A stretch of 64,000 nucleotides of DNA from an uncultured Clostridia bacterium (lineage in GTDB: Bacteria > Bacillota > Clostridia > Christensenellales > UBA3700). Both the position numbers and the translations under genes were made by a program. Of this stretch, positions 36,462 to 46,100 are shown one piece after another. How positions within the stretch are numbered: position 1 is the stretch's first letter; every line of letters begins with the position of its first letter. Under the pieces are notes generated by a model. That model had not been told where the DNA came from, made no database searches, and worked only from the letters and a program-made list of their open reading frames with translations. Location of the stretch: the NCBI GenBank assembly GCA_947174325.1, contig CAMWIL010000001.1:14989-78988 (forward strand), read 5' to 3'.

Positions 36462-37151
36462 ATGATGAATAACAAACAAAAAGAAAACTTGATAAAGGCT
36501 TTTGAAGAGCTGAACGCTCCCGATAAAGACGTCTTATTGCAAAAAATAGAGAGCAAAAAGGCGTTTGGCGGTCAGTTTGTCGAGCCGAATACTCCAACGG
36601 TTCAAAATACGAAGCGTAAAAGGCGCGTAGTTTGGACTTCGGTTGCTTGTTCCGTTGTCGTAGTCGTTATTGCCGTCATCCTTTTATCCGTATCGGTATT
36701 TCAACCGAACGACGCGCCAGGCGACTTAGGAACGAGTATTATTGATTACAGAGGCGATTGGCAAATCTCTTTAGACAACAAAATATGCTTCGATCAAATA
36801 GACAAGAATATGAAAGAAGCAGGCGTGGATTTGATTTACGAATACGACAATGATTGGAGCATAGTGAAGACTCAGATTACGCAAGACGAGAGCGGGTATA
36901 GAGAATATTACGTCAAAGACGGAATTAGCGTTGAAGTAACGGTATTGCTTGAAGCGCGAGTGACTAGCGTAGAAGGCAAGTATGACGCTATTTTTAAGAA
37001 TATAAACGGTTCTTTCGTCTATGGCGATTATCGAGTCTACAACAGCAATTATTACGTTAACAGTTCGCGCAAAAACGCGTACTTGATATATTTAGAAGAT
37101 AGAGTATTTATATTTGAGTCGGACGTCGATTTAAAAGAGTTTATGAATTAG
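36462..37151 (+). CDS. Single-pass membrane protein; candidate cognate anti-sigma factor
   Basis: The call rests on its position immediately downstream of the sigma gene, a cytoplasmic N-terminus, one TM helix and an extracytoplasmic domain. There is no HxxxCxxC anti-sigma motif. Confidence 0.4.
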   Translation: MMNNKQKENLIKAFEELNAPDKDVLLQKIESKKAFGGQFVEPNTPTVQNTKRKRRVVWTSVACSVVVVVIAVILLSVSVFQPNDAPGDLGTSIIDYRGDWQISLDNKICFDQIDKNMKEAGVDLIYEYDNDWSIVKTQITQDESGYREYYVKDGISVEVTVLLEARVTSVEGKYDAIFKNINGSFVYGDYRVYNSNYYVNSSRKNAYLIYLEDRVFIFESDVDLKEFMN

Positions 37152-37173
37152 TTTATTGATAGATTAGGTTAAA

Positions 37174-37206
37174 GAAAACCTCGTACTTTCGGTACGAGGT
37201 TTTTTG
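37174..37206. terminator. Bidirectional intrinsic terminator (anti-sigma candidate / PFOR convergent pair)
   Basis: aacctcgtac / gtacgaggtt stem flanked by an A-run and a T-run. Confidence 0.8.
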
Positions 37207-37243
37207 CGAGTAAATTTCGTAAAGGAAATTTTCTATTTTAAGA

Positions 37244-40200
37244 TTACTCAGAAAGTTTCTTATATCCTGCGTATCTTTCCTTTGCTTCCTTTTCGTTGAT
37301 AGCGAAGAGCTTTTCAGCGACTTGCGGTTTGGATTTAGCAAGCTGCGCGTATCTGTTTTCGCCGAGCAAGAATTCTTTGTAATCGGCGGTTGCTTCTTTG
37401 CTGTCTAGAATGAACGGATTTTTTCCTTCTTCTGCAAGAGCGGGATTGTATCTGTACAACTGCCAGTATCCTGCCTCAACGGCTCTCTTTTCTTCAAGTT
37501 GAGAGTTGGACATATTGATACCGTGGTTGATACAAGGAGCGTAGCAGATGATAAGCGACGGTCCGTCGTAAGCCTCAGCTTCTTTCAAAGCTTTGACGTA
37601 CTGGTTCATATTCGCGCCCATAGCTACTTGCGCAACGTATACGTATCCGTAACTCATTGCCATCTTACCAAGGTCTTTTTTCTTAGTGACTTTACCGCCT
37701 GCGGCAAATTTAGCGACCGCGCCGGTAGGCGAGGACTTGGACGCCTGACCGCCCGTGTTGGAGTATACTTCGGTGTCTAGCACTACAACGTTGATATTTT
37801 GACCCATTGCGAGAACGTGATCAAGACCGCCGTAACCGATATCGTAAGCCCAGCCGTCGCCGCCGAATGCCCATATCGATTTCTTAACGAGGCAGTCGGT
37901 ATTCTTTGCGATATTTTCAAGCAAAGCCTTCTTTGCCGCGTCGCTTTCTTTATTAGCCGCGTCTGCGATAACAGCCTTGATGGCGTCGCTTGCAGGCTTG
38001 TTTGCGATAGCGTCGTTATACGTTTCCATCCAAGCGGTAAACTTAGCGGAAAGATCGTCGCTTACGCCGAGAGCCATTACGGCTTCCATATCTTCCATGA
38101 GTTTGATTCTGCGTTGATTGGTAGCGGTAAGCATACCAAAGCCGAATTCTGCGTTGTCCTCAAAGAGACTGTTTGCCCAAGCCGGACCTTCGCCTTTCTT
38201 GTTTTTGCTGTAAGGACAGGTCGGAGCAGAACCGCCGTAGATAGACGAGCAACCCGTTGCGTTTGCAACGATCATTCTGTCGCCGTAGAGCTGTGTAACG
38301 ACTTTGAGGTAAGGAGTTTCGCCGCAACCTGCGCACGCGCCCGAGAACTCGAAGAGCGAACGATTGAACTGACTTCCGATTACGGTATCGCGAGCGATAG
38401 GCACGTCGCTGTTGTCCAAAGAGTCTGCGAAATTCCAGTTGTCGCTTGCGCCTGTTGCGAGGACGTCGTCAAGCGGTTGCATTACCAAAGCCTTTTCTTT
38501 AGCAGGGCAGATGTTTGCGCAGTTTCCGCAACCTGAGCAGTCGAGCGGAGAAACTTGGATTCTGAACTGATAGTCTTTGGCTTTAGGGTTTTTCATATTT
38601 ACCGTCTCAAAAGATTTTGGAGCTTTTGCAAGCGCGTCGGACTTTTGAGCTACGGGGATAATACAAGCGTGAGGACATACGAAAGAGCATTGATTGCATT
38701 GCAAGCAGTTTTCTTTTATCCATACCGGTACTTTTACCGCGATGCCGCGTTTTTCAAATCTCGTCGTAGCGGTCGGTACTGCGCCGTCAGCATAATCCAC
38801 GAATTTGGAAACGGGGAGTTTGTCGCCTTCTTGCGCAAGTATCGGAGCAATGATCTCATTGAAGTATTTGTCGTCAGTTACGGGTTTTACTACCGCGCCT
38901 TCCGTCGTATTTGCCCAATAAGAAGGATATTTGACTTCTTGCAAGTTTGCGATTGCGTTGTCAATAGCCGCAAAGTTCATATTAACGATCTTTTCGCCTT
39001 TCTTGGAGAAAGATTTTACTACGAACTCTTTCATATGCTTGTCAGCTTCCGCATAGTCGATAACGTTGGCAAGTTTGAAGAAACAAGCCTGCATCGTAGT
39101 GGAGATACGGTTGCCAAGACCGATTTCGGAAACGACTTTGATAGCGTCGATGTTGTAGAATCTGATCTTCTTCTGCGCGATCATATTCTTCATCTTAGCA
39201 GGGAGGTGCTTTTCCATTTCTTCAAGCGACCAAGGCGAGTTGAGCAAGAATACGCCGCCGTCTTTAAGATCGGAGATCATATCGTATTTAGTTACGTAAG
39301 AGGGGTTGTGGCAAGCTACGAAGTCCGCTTGGTCGATAAGGTAGGAACTTCTGATAGGAGTATCGCCGAATCTCAAGTGAGATACCGTGATACCGCCCGA
39401 CTTTTTGGAGTCGTACGCAAAATACGCTTGAGCGTATTTTTCAGTGTAATCGCCGATGATCTTGATGGAGTTCTTGTTGCTTCCGACCGTACCGTCAGAG
39501 CCGAGTCCGAAGAACTTGCAAGAGATAGCGCCCTTTGCGGAAGCGTCGATCTTTTCGGTAACGTTGACGGAAGTATTTGTCACGTCGTCGATAATGCCGA
39601 CGGTGAAGTGATTTTTAGCGTCTTTGCTTTCCATATTCTTGTATACGGCGTTGATCATAGACGGAGTAAATTCTTTGCTGCCCAGACCGTATCTGCCGCC
39701 TGTTACGACGATATCTTTTCTGCCTGTTTCGTTGAGCGCCGTTACTACGTCGAGATAGAGAGGTTCGCCTGCGCTACCGCATTCTTTTACTCTGTCGAGA
39801 ACTGCGACTCTCTTTACGCTCTTAGGAAGCGCGTTTGCAAACATCGTCGCCGCAAACGGACGGAAAAGTCTTACTTTGAGTACGCCGTATTTGCCGCCTC
39901 TTGCGTTGAGGTAATCAACCGTTTCGCTGACAGCCTCCGCGCCGCTGCCCATGATTACGATCACGGACTCTGCGTCAGGCGCGCCGTAGTATTGATAAGG
40001 TTTGTATTCGCGACCCGTAATGCCTTTTACGTCTTCCATAGCCTCGGCTACGATTTCGGGAACGGCGTTATAGTACTTGTTGCAAGCTTCGCGGTTTTGG
40101 AAATAGATATCCGAGTTTTGAGCCGTACCCTTTTGGATAGGATGCTCGGGATTGAGAGAACGCTTTTTGAAGTCGTCGATATATTTGGAATACTTTTTAT

Positions 40201-40783
40201 CAACGATACCTTTCATGTCGGCATAGTCGATCATTTCTATTTTAGATACTTCGTGCGAGGTTCTGAAACCGTCGAAGAAGTGCATGAACGGTACTTTTGC
40301 TTTCAACGTAGCCAAGTGCGCTACTAAAGCCAAGTCCATAACTTCCTGAACGGAGTTGGAACACAACATGGCAAATCCCGTCTGGCGGCAAGCCATTACG
40401 TCGGAGTGGTCGCCGAAAATATTGAGCGCGTGATAAGCTAAAGCGCGCGCGCTTACGTGGAATACGCAAGGCGTCAATTCGCCCGCGATCTTGTACATAT
40501 TAGGGATCATCAAAAGCAAACCTTGACTTGCGGTGAACGTCGTGGTCAACGCGCCTGCCATCAAGGAGCCGTGTACTGCGCCTGCGGCGCCTGCTTCGGA
40601 TTGCATTTCGGCAAGTTTAAGCACTTGTCCGAAAATATTCTTTCTTCCCGCAGTAGCCCACTCGTCGCAGTTTTCTGCCATAGGAGAGGAAGGTGTGATA
40701 GGGTAAATTGCAGCAACTTCACTGAACGCGTACGCGACGTGAGCGGCGGCGGTATTACCGTCAATAGTCATTTTCTTACTCAT
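37244..40783 (-). CDS. nifJ: Pyruvate:ferredoxin (flavodoxin) oxidoreductase
   Basis: 1179 aa single-chain PFOR. It has two 4Fe-4S ferredoxin motifs (CLQCNQCSFVCPH, CSGCGNCANICP) and a TPP-binding GGDGW block. Confidence 0.95.
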   Translation of the reverse strand: MSKKMTIDGNTAAAHVAYAFSEVAAIYPITPSSPMAENCDEWATAGRKNIFGQVLKLAEMQSEAGAAGAVHGSLMAGALTTTFTASQGLLLMIPNMYKIAGELTPCVFHVSARALAYHALNIFGDHSDVMACRQTGFAMLCSNSVQEVMDLALVAHLATLKAKVPFMHFFDGFRTSHEVSKIEMIDYADMKGIVDKKYSKYIDDFKKRSLNPEHPIQKGTAQNSDIYFQNREACNKYYNAVPEIVAEAMEDVKGITGREYKPYQYYGAPDAESVIVIMGSGAEAVSETVDYLNARGGKYGVLKVRLFRPFAATMFANALPKSVKRVAVLDRVKECGSAGEPLYLDVVTALNETGRKDIVVTGGRYGLGSKEFTPSMINAVYKNMESKDAKNHFTVGIIDDVTNTSVNVTEKIDASAKGAISCKFFGLGSDGTVGSNKNSIKIIGDYTEKYAQAYFAYDSKKSGGITVSHLRFGDTPIRSSYLIDQADFVACHNPSYVTKYDMISDLKDGGVFLLNSPWSLEEMEKHLPAKMKNMIAQKKIRFYNIDAIKVVSEIGLGNRISTTMQACFFKLANVIDYAEADKHMKEFVVKSFSKKGEKIVNMNFAAIDNAIANLQEVKYPSYWANTTEGAVVKPVTDDKYFNEIIAPILAQEGDKLPVSKFVDYADGAVPTATTRFEKRGIAVKVPVWIKENCLQCNQCSFVCPHACIIPVAQKSDALAKAPKSFETVNMKNPKAKDYQFRIQVSPLDCSGCGNCANICPAKEKALVMQPLDDVLATGASDNWNFADSLDNSDVPIARDTVIGSQFNRSLFEFSGACAGCGETPYLKVVTQLYGDRMIVANATGCSSIYGGSAPTCPYSKNKKGEGPAWANSLFEDNAEFGFGMLTATNQRRIKLMEDMEAVMALGVSDDLSAKFTAWMETYNDAIANKPASDAIKAVIADAANKESDAAKKALLENIAKNTDCLVKKSIWAFGGDGWAYDIGYGGLDHVLAMGQNINVVVLDTEVYSNTGGQASKSSPTGAVAKFAAGGKVTKKKDLGKMAMSYGYVYVAQVAMGANMNQYVKALKEAEAYDGPSLIICYAPCINHGINMSNSQLEEKRAVEAGYWQLYRYNPALAEEGKNPFILDSKEATADYKEFLLGENRYAQLAKSKPQVAEKLFAINEKEAKERYAGYKKLSE

Positions 40784-40897
40784 TATGTATTATACCTCCA
40801 TAATAGGAATATTATCTTAAATAATTATAATATAGTATTTATCGCATAGTCAATAATTTTGTCGCAAGATTTTGCTAAGCTTTGGCTCTTAAAAAGA

Positions 40898-40926
40898 TTG
40901 TGTTTTTCTCAGTTGTATGCTATAAT
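40898..40926 (+). promoter_or_regulatory. sigma-A-like promoter with extended -10 for the ecf-truA operon
   Basis: TTGTGT (40898-40903), 17-nt spacer, TGcTATAAT (-10 at 40921-40926). Confidence 0.5.
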
Positions 40927-40958
40927 ACAAAAAAATTATCTTAGGTGTCTGCGCGGTT

Positions 40959-41792
40959 ATGGCTGTAAAGTTGGATCATGTGACTTTCTCATACAATGTA
41001 AGCGACGCGTATCGAGTCGATGCGCTCAAAGACCTTTCTTTACAGATAGAGGAGGGGACTTTCGTCGCGCTCGTAGGTCATAACGGAAGCGGAAAAAGTA
41101 CTCTTGCAAAATTGCTCAACGGCTTGCTTTTGCCGACGAGCGGCGATGTAAGAATATTCGGCAATTCCACTTTGGATCCGGATAAAATTTACGATATCCG
41201 CAAAAGCGTAGGTATGGTATTCCAAAATCCGGACAACCAGATGATTGCTTCGATAGTAGAAGACGACATCGCCTTCGGACCGGAAAATCTCGGTATAGAA
41301 AGGCAAGAGATTGAGCGTCGAGTGGAATGGGCTTTGTCCAAAGTAGGGATGTCGCAGTATAGAAAGCAAACTCCATTCAAAATGAGCGGCGGGCAGAAAC
41401 AACGTCTTGCGATCGCGGGCGTATTGGCTATTATGCCCAAGATACTCGTTCTTGACGAATCGACGGCAATGCTCGATCCAAAAGGAAGGAGCGAAGTGCT
41501 CAAAGTCGCGCATGAACTCAACAAACAAGAAGGTATTACCGTGATCCATATTACGCATTTTATGGAAGAAGCTCTCAATGCGGACAGGCTTATCGTATTA
41601 GATTCGGGTAGGATTGCGTTTGACGATACGCCCGAGGAAGTGTTTAAGCATTATGAAGAACTCAAAGCCATAAAACTTGCCGTGCCTTGGGAAACGCAGT
41701 TGGCTATCTCATTGAAAAAAGTGGGGATAGATATAGGCGAGGGAACAGTAAAAGACGAGGAGTTGATAGACAATTTATGCCGATTATTGTAA
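40959..41792 (+). CDS. ecfA1: ECF transporter ATPase component EcfA1
   Basis: GHNGSGKST, MSGGQKQRLAIAG, LVLDEST; 277 aa; first gene of the ecfA-ecfA'-ecfT order. Confidence 0.9.
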   Translation: MAVKLDHVTFSYNVSDAYRVDALKDLSLQIEEGTFVALVGHNGSGKSTLAKLLNGLLLPTSGDVRIFGNSTLDPDKIYDIRKSVGMVFQNPDNQMIASIVEDDIAFGPENLGIERQEIERRVEWALSKVGMSQYRKQTPFKMSGGQKQRLAIAGVLAIMPKILVLDESTAMLDPKGRSEVLKVAHELNKQEGITVIHITHFMEEALNADRLIVLDSGRIAFDDTPEEVFKHYEELKAIKLAVPWETQLAISLKKVGIDIGEGTVKDEELIDNLCRLL

Positions 41793-42838
41793 AAAAACTC
41801 TCTTTTACTTACAGCGCAAAGACGCCTTATGAGAGAAAGGCGCTCAACAATATTAATTTGCAGATAAACGAGGGAGATTTTCTCGGCATAATCGGTCATA
41901 CCGGAAGCGGAAAATCAACCTTTATACAGCACATAAACGGACTTATCAAACCGCAAGAGGGCGAGATAGAGATTTTTGATATCAAACTTACTCCTCAAAA
42001 ACGTCCCAAAGTCAATTTGCGCGCTTTGAGAAGTCAGGTGGGAATGGTATTCCAGTATCCCGAATATCAACTGTTTGCCGATACTGTGGAAAAGGACGTT
42101 GCGTTTGGTCCTAAAAATCTCGGACTAAGCTCGGAAGAAGTCAGCGAACGCGTTCGGCAGGCAATAGAGATGGTAGGGCTTGATTACGAGGCCGTAAAGG
42201 ACAGAGCGCCGTTTGAACTTTCGGGCGGGCAAAAGAGAAGAGTAGCGATAGCCGGAATTATCGCTATGCGTCCGAAAATGCTTATACTTGACGAGCCGAC
42301 TGCGGGACTCGACCCTTACGGCAAGGAACAGATACTCAATCTTATAAAGTATCTCAAAACGCACTGTTCGCCGACTATCGTCGTAATATCGCACGATATA
42401 GACGAGATCACGCGTTTTGCCAATAGAATAGTCGTATTCAACGACTCTCGTATAGTCTACGACGAGCCTATGCAGCAGCTTTTCAAACACTCGATACAGT
42501 TGCAGAATATGGGCTTGGATATTCCCAGAGCCGTTAAGATAGCAAATTCGCTTCGCGACAGAGGAATAGACCTTGGCGAAGGTATAGTGACTGCCGAAGA
42601 TCTTATGGCGGCGATCGTTGAAAGATATAATCAAAAACACGCTGCGCAGATCGACAAAGAAGCTTGCGTATTCGATATGTACGATTTTTCTCAAAAATGG
42701 CTTACCTCTGAAGAAAGAGCCGAGTTGGAAGGAAAACCAAACGTCGAGGAAGAGGCGGACGCGCCTAAAACCGTGAAAAAGAACAAGTCGAAAGAAAACG
42801 ATAAAAAGCAAAAAAAGAGCAAGAGGAAAAAGGAATGA
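41777..42838 (+). CDS. ecfA2: ECF transporter ATPase component EcfA2 with a C-terminal Lys-rich extension
   Basis: Start MPIIVKKLSFTY at ATG 41777, overlapping ecfA1 by 16 nt. GHTGSGKST, LSGGQKRRVAIAG, LILDEPTAGLD. About 65 extra C-terminal residues. Confidence 0.9.
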   Translation: MPIIVKKLSFTYSAKTPYERKALNNINLQINEGDFLGIIGHTGSGKSTFIQHINGLIKPQEGEIEIFDIKLTPQKRPKVNLRALRSQVGMVFQYPEYQLFADTVEKDVAFGPKNLGLSSEEVSERVRQAIEMVGLDYEAVKDRAPFELSGGQKRRVAIAGIIAMRPKMLILDEPTAGLDPYGKEQILNLIKYLKTHCSPTIVVISHDIDEITRFANRIVVFNDSRIVYDEPMQQLFKHSIQLQNMGLDIPRAVKIANSLRDRGIDLGEGIVTAEDLMAAIVERYNQKHAAQIDKEACVFDMYDFSQKWLTSEERAELEGKPNVEEEADAPKTVKKNKSKENDKKQKKSKRKKE

Positions 42839-43722
42839 GAGATATTACGTTCGGACAGTATTATCCGGTAGCTTCTTCTATTCACAAAATCGACGCCAGA
42901 ATAAAAATTCTGGTGACTCTGCTGTTTATGATAACGGTGTTTTTTATCGTGTCTTATTCCGCGTTCGCGTTTATGTTTTTTATGCTCGCGCTGGTAATAG
43001 CTATTTCTCACGTCCCATATAAAATAGTTCTCAAAACGATAAAAGGAATATTGTTCCTATTGATCTTTACTGCGTTGATAAACATATTCTTTACGTCTTC
43101 GGGTAACGTTTTGGTTTCTACAAGGATATTGAGCATTACCGATCAAGGAATTAATTTCGCAATAAAAATGGCGTTGCGTTTTACGCTTCTGGTATTGGGA
43201 TCGTCTATACTCACTTTGACGACTACGCCGACAGAACTTACTGACGCGCTCGAATACTTGCTCAAGCCTTTGAAAATCATCAAGATACCCGTTCACGATC
43301 TTGCTATAATAATGTCTATCGCATTGCGTTTTATCCCCGGTCTTGTTGAAGAGACGGATAAGATAATGATGGCGCAGAAAGCGAGAGGGGCAAATCTCGA
43401 CAGCGGAAATTTGTTCAAAAAGATCAAGGCGATGTTGCCCGTGCTCATACCGCTTTTTGTCAGCGCTTTTAGAAGAGCGGACGAACTTGCCGACGCATTG
43501 GACGCAAGATGTTACAACGCTTCGCCTACGCGTACTAAAATGAAAGTGTTCAAAGTAAAAGCAAGCGACATAGCGGCGTTTGTCGGATTTGCGATATTGA
43601 TGACTATGATTTTGCTTGATAAGTATTACGTTGGAAGTTTCGTCTCCGCGCCCGATTTGAACGGCTTTGAAGTGCAGGGATTGGATATATTTATTTACAA
43701 TATCATTTACAGAATAGGTTGA
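42835..43722 (+). CDS. ecfT: ECF transporter transmembrane component EcfT
   Basis: ATGA overlap with ecfA2. Polytopic. The ARGA coupling-helix motif is present (MMAQKARGANLD). Confidence 0.85.
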   Translation: MRDITFGQYYPVASSIHKIDARIKILVTLLFMITVFFIVSYSAFAFMFFMLALVIAISHVPYKIVLKTIKGILFLLIFTALINIFFTSSGNVLVSTRILSITDQGINFAIKMALRFTLLVLGSSILTLTTTPTELTDALEYLLKPLKIIKIPVHDLAIIMSIALRFIPGLVEETDKIMMAQKARGANLDSGNLFKKIKAMLPVLIPLFVSAFRRADELADALDARCYNASPTRTKMKVFKVKASDIAAFVGFAILMTMILLDKYYVGSFVSAPDLNGFEVQGLDIFIYNIIYRIG

Positions 43723-43725
43723 GCC

Positions 43726-44460
43726 ATGGCAAGATACAAATTGACTCTTTGCTATGACGGCAGCGAATATTACGGTTTTCAAAGACAACCAAATCTACCT
43801 ACCGTTCAAAGCGCTCTTGAAGAAGCTTTGGCGACGCGTTTTCAAGAAAATATTATCGTTCAGGCAAGCGGACGTACGGATGCTGGCGTTCATGCGATAG
43901 CGCAAGTAGTTCATTTTGATACGGATAAGGAATTCAACGCGTCAACTTTCGGATACAGTCTCAACACGCTTTTGCCCAAAGATATCGCCATTACTTCGTG
44001 CGAAAAAGTAAACGACTCTTTTCACGCTAGATTTGACGCTAAGAGCAAGACGTATCTTTATAAAATCTGTCTTTCAAAAATACATTCTCCGTTGAAGAGA
44101 AGATATTATCATATTTGTTTTTACGATTTAGACGTAAGCAAGATGCAAGAGGCTTGCAAGTATTTTATCGGCATTCATGATTTTAGAGCGTTTATGCTTG
44201 CCAACGACGAAAAAGAGAATACGATAAGAGAAATATATTCTTTAAAAGTCAAACAGAATGACGACGAGTTGGAAATTTGGATAAGCGGAAACGGGTTTTT
44301 ACACAATATGGTGCGCATAATAGCAGGAACGTTGATTGACGTTGGACGCGGTAGGATAGCGCTTGAAAATATTCCGGAAATAATTAACTCCAAAAAGCAC
44401 GTAGGCACAGGTAAGACGTTGGAAGCGTGCGGTCTTTATCTTTACAAAGTGGAGTATTGA
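43726..44460 (+). CDS. truA: tRNA pseudouridine(38-40) synthase
   Basis: YDGSEYYGFQRQP, GRTDAGVHA and HNMVRIIAG; 244 aa; the canonical position after ecfT in Firmicutes. Confidence 0.9.
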   Translation: MARYKLTLCYDGSEYYGFQRQPNLPTVQSALEEALATRFQENIIVQASGRTDAGVHAIAQVVHFDTDKEFNASTFGYSLNTLLPKDIAITSCEKVNDSFHARFDAKSKTYLYKICLSKIHSPLKRRYYHICFYDLDVSKMQEACKYFIGIHDFRAFMLANDEKENTIREIYSLKVKQNDDELEIWISGNGFLHNMVRIIAGTLIDVGRGRIALENIPEIINSKKHVGTGKTLEACGLYLYKVEY

Positions 44461-44516
44461 CGGCGGTAGGTACAATCAACGTTTAAATTCGTGAGCGAGT
44501 TTTTAAGGAGAGAGAA

Positions 44517-44966
44517 ATGTATAGAATAATGTTTGTATGTCACGGTAATATTTGCCGTTCGCCGATGGCGGAATTCGTATTCAAAGATATAGTAAAAAAG
44601 TTGGGCAGAGAAAAAGAATTTTTGATTGTTTCTTCGGCGACCAGTTGCGAAGAAATAGGTAATCCCGTGCACAGAGGCACACGCGCGAAACTTGCCGAGC
44701 ACGGCATAAGCTGCGACGGCAAAAGGGCTGTAAGATTACGCGCCGACGATTACGATAAATACGATATGTTTATAGGTATGGATTCTTACAATCTTGTAAA
44801 TATGCTCAAAATTTTCGGAAAAGACGACGAAGAAAAAATACATTCTATGCTCGAATTTGTCGGTTCTTCGCGCGACGTTGCAGATCCTTGGTATACGGGC
44901 GATTTCGACAAGACTTACGAAGATATCAAAGCAGGTTGCGACGCGTTGATAAAGACCTTAGTTTAG
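44517..44966 (+). CDS. Low-molecular-weight protein-tyrosine phosphatase
   Basis: CHGNICRSP (CX5R-S P-loop) and a DPWY Asp loop; 149 aa; SD AAGGAGAG. Confidence 0.85.
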   Translation: MYRIMFVCHGNICRSPMAEFVFKDIVKKLGREKEFLIVSSATSCEEIGNPVHRGTRAKLAEHGISCDGKRAVRLRADDYDKYDMFIGMDSYNLVNMLKIFGKDDEEKIHSMLEFVGSSRDVADPWYTGDFDKTYEDIKAGCDALIKTLV

Positions 44967-45020
44967 ATTCGTTTTAAGTTTTATACAAGCAATTTGCCAA
45001 AAGGTAAAAAGGGGGCGTAA

Positions 45021-45821
45021 GTGTATAAAAAGTTTTTTAGATTAGACAGCGGAGATAAGAATTTTTGCAGACTGTATCTGCCTCATAAGGACGCTAAGAA
45101 TATACCCGTAATAATCTATTGTCACGGTTGGACAAAACCTATTTTAGGCGGCGGTCGAATTATCGGCGGCGCTCCGAAACAGGTAAGGAATGCGGCGATT
45201 AAAAACGGTATGGCTTTTATATCATTCGATCAATTTGGCGAATACCGTACTTGGGGCGATAATAGATATTTTACGCACGAAAGATGGGGAGAAGGAGTAA
45301 ATAACGTATTCGAGTATATTGTCGAATCGGGATTGTCCCGTCAAGGATTGATAGGCTGTTTTGGAATAAGTAGCGGAACGACTGCCGCTTTTAGAATGGA
45401 ACAGAAATACGGCAAGTTGGCATTCATCGTTTCAGTAGCGACGGCTATAAGTAATAATATAATCAATCCTGGAGGTCCAAGACAATTTTATTTGGATCAT
45501 AAAGATATTTTGGACAACGGCGGACTTGTGAAGTATTGCAATAAGAAATTATCCAAACTCTTCTTTGAAGACGACGATAAAAACCTTTGTATCGAACATA
45601 TGGATAAAGTCAAATGTCCTACTTATTTTTTGCAAGGCGAAAAAGATAACGATAGACGCAAAAAAGATGCTTTGGACGGCTATGAAATATTAAAGTCCAA
45701 CGGTGTTCCCACAGAATATATGCTCGTCGAGGGCGGAGGGCACGGACTGAACGAACGCGCCAAACTGTGCGCGGAAAAGACGATAGAGTTTGTGAAAAAG
45801 GCGATAGATAAAAAACTTTGA
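45021..45821 (+). CDS. Alpha/beta hydrolase (dienelactone-hydrolase/S9-like)
   Basis: GTG start with SD AAGGGGG. GISSG nucleophile elbow and a C-terminal GGGHG block. Confidence 0.65.
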   Translation: MYKKFFRLDSGDKNFCRLYLPHKDAKNIPVIIYCHGWTKPILGGGRIIGGAPKQVRNAAIKNGMAFISFDQFGEYRTWGDNRYFTHERWGEGVNNVFEYIVESGLSRQGLIGCFGISSGTTAAFRMEQKYGKLAFIVSVATAISNNIINPGGPRQFYLDHKDILDNGGLVKYCNKKLSKLFFEDDDKNLCIEHMDKVKCPTYFLQGEKDNDRRKKDALDGYEILKSNGVPTEYMLVEGGGHGLNERAKLCAEKTIEFVKKAIDKKL

Positions 45822-45958
45822 CGTTAAATCATTTGTGTATTTAAATTTATATTTGTTTCATTCATTGCGTTGAACTAAAAATTTATAAGCCTATAAAATA
45901 TATTATAAGGTCAATTCTGACGATACGTCTCGCTCTCTACGCTATCCTACGAAAATAC

Positions 45959-45987
45959 TTGCGCATTTATTAGACTGACGATATAAT
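45959..45987 (+). promoter_or_regulatory. sigma-A-like promoter for the LRR lipoprotein gene
   Basis: TTGCGC (45959-45964), 17-nt spacer, TATAAT (45982-45987). The leader is about 110 nt. Confidence 0.4.
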
Positions 45988-46100
45988 ATGTATAGGAAAA
46001 TTTATAAGTCATAAAAGAATAGTAATTCGGATAGACGGGATTTTCTACTGTTTTAGCAAAATACAGACAAATTAAAATACTAAGTGTCGGAGGACAGAGA

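Noticed and set aside
38555-40327. A 590-aa plus-strand ORF inside the PFOR gene, with smaller ones at 37799-38536 and 40457-40849
   Set aside because: The explanation is the same as for the previous entry. It is codon-aligned antisense of a highly expressed gene (both have triplet phase 2 mod 3). It has no start context, and the composition is typical of antisense frames.
40859-41083. A 74-aa ORF overlapping the ecf promoter and the ecfA1 5' end
   Set aside because: It contains the predicted -35/-10 elements and overlaps ecfA1 out of frame. It has no RBS.
41687-41776. An upstream extension of the ecfA2 ORF
   Set aside because: It overlaps the ecfA1 C-terminus in another frame. MPIIVKKLSFTY at 41777 is the typical EcfA2 start.
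45880-46020. A direct repeat aaatttataag(c/t)c(t)ataaaa, occurring twice about 110 nt apart in the long leader of the LRR gene
   Set aside because: It is short, AT-rich and imperfect. There is no flanking structure to suggest a mobile element or riboswitch, and I could not fold the leader into a convincing conserved-looking structure.
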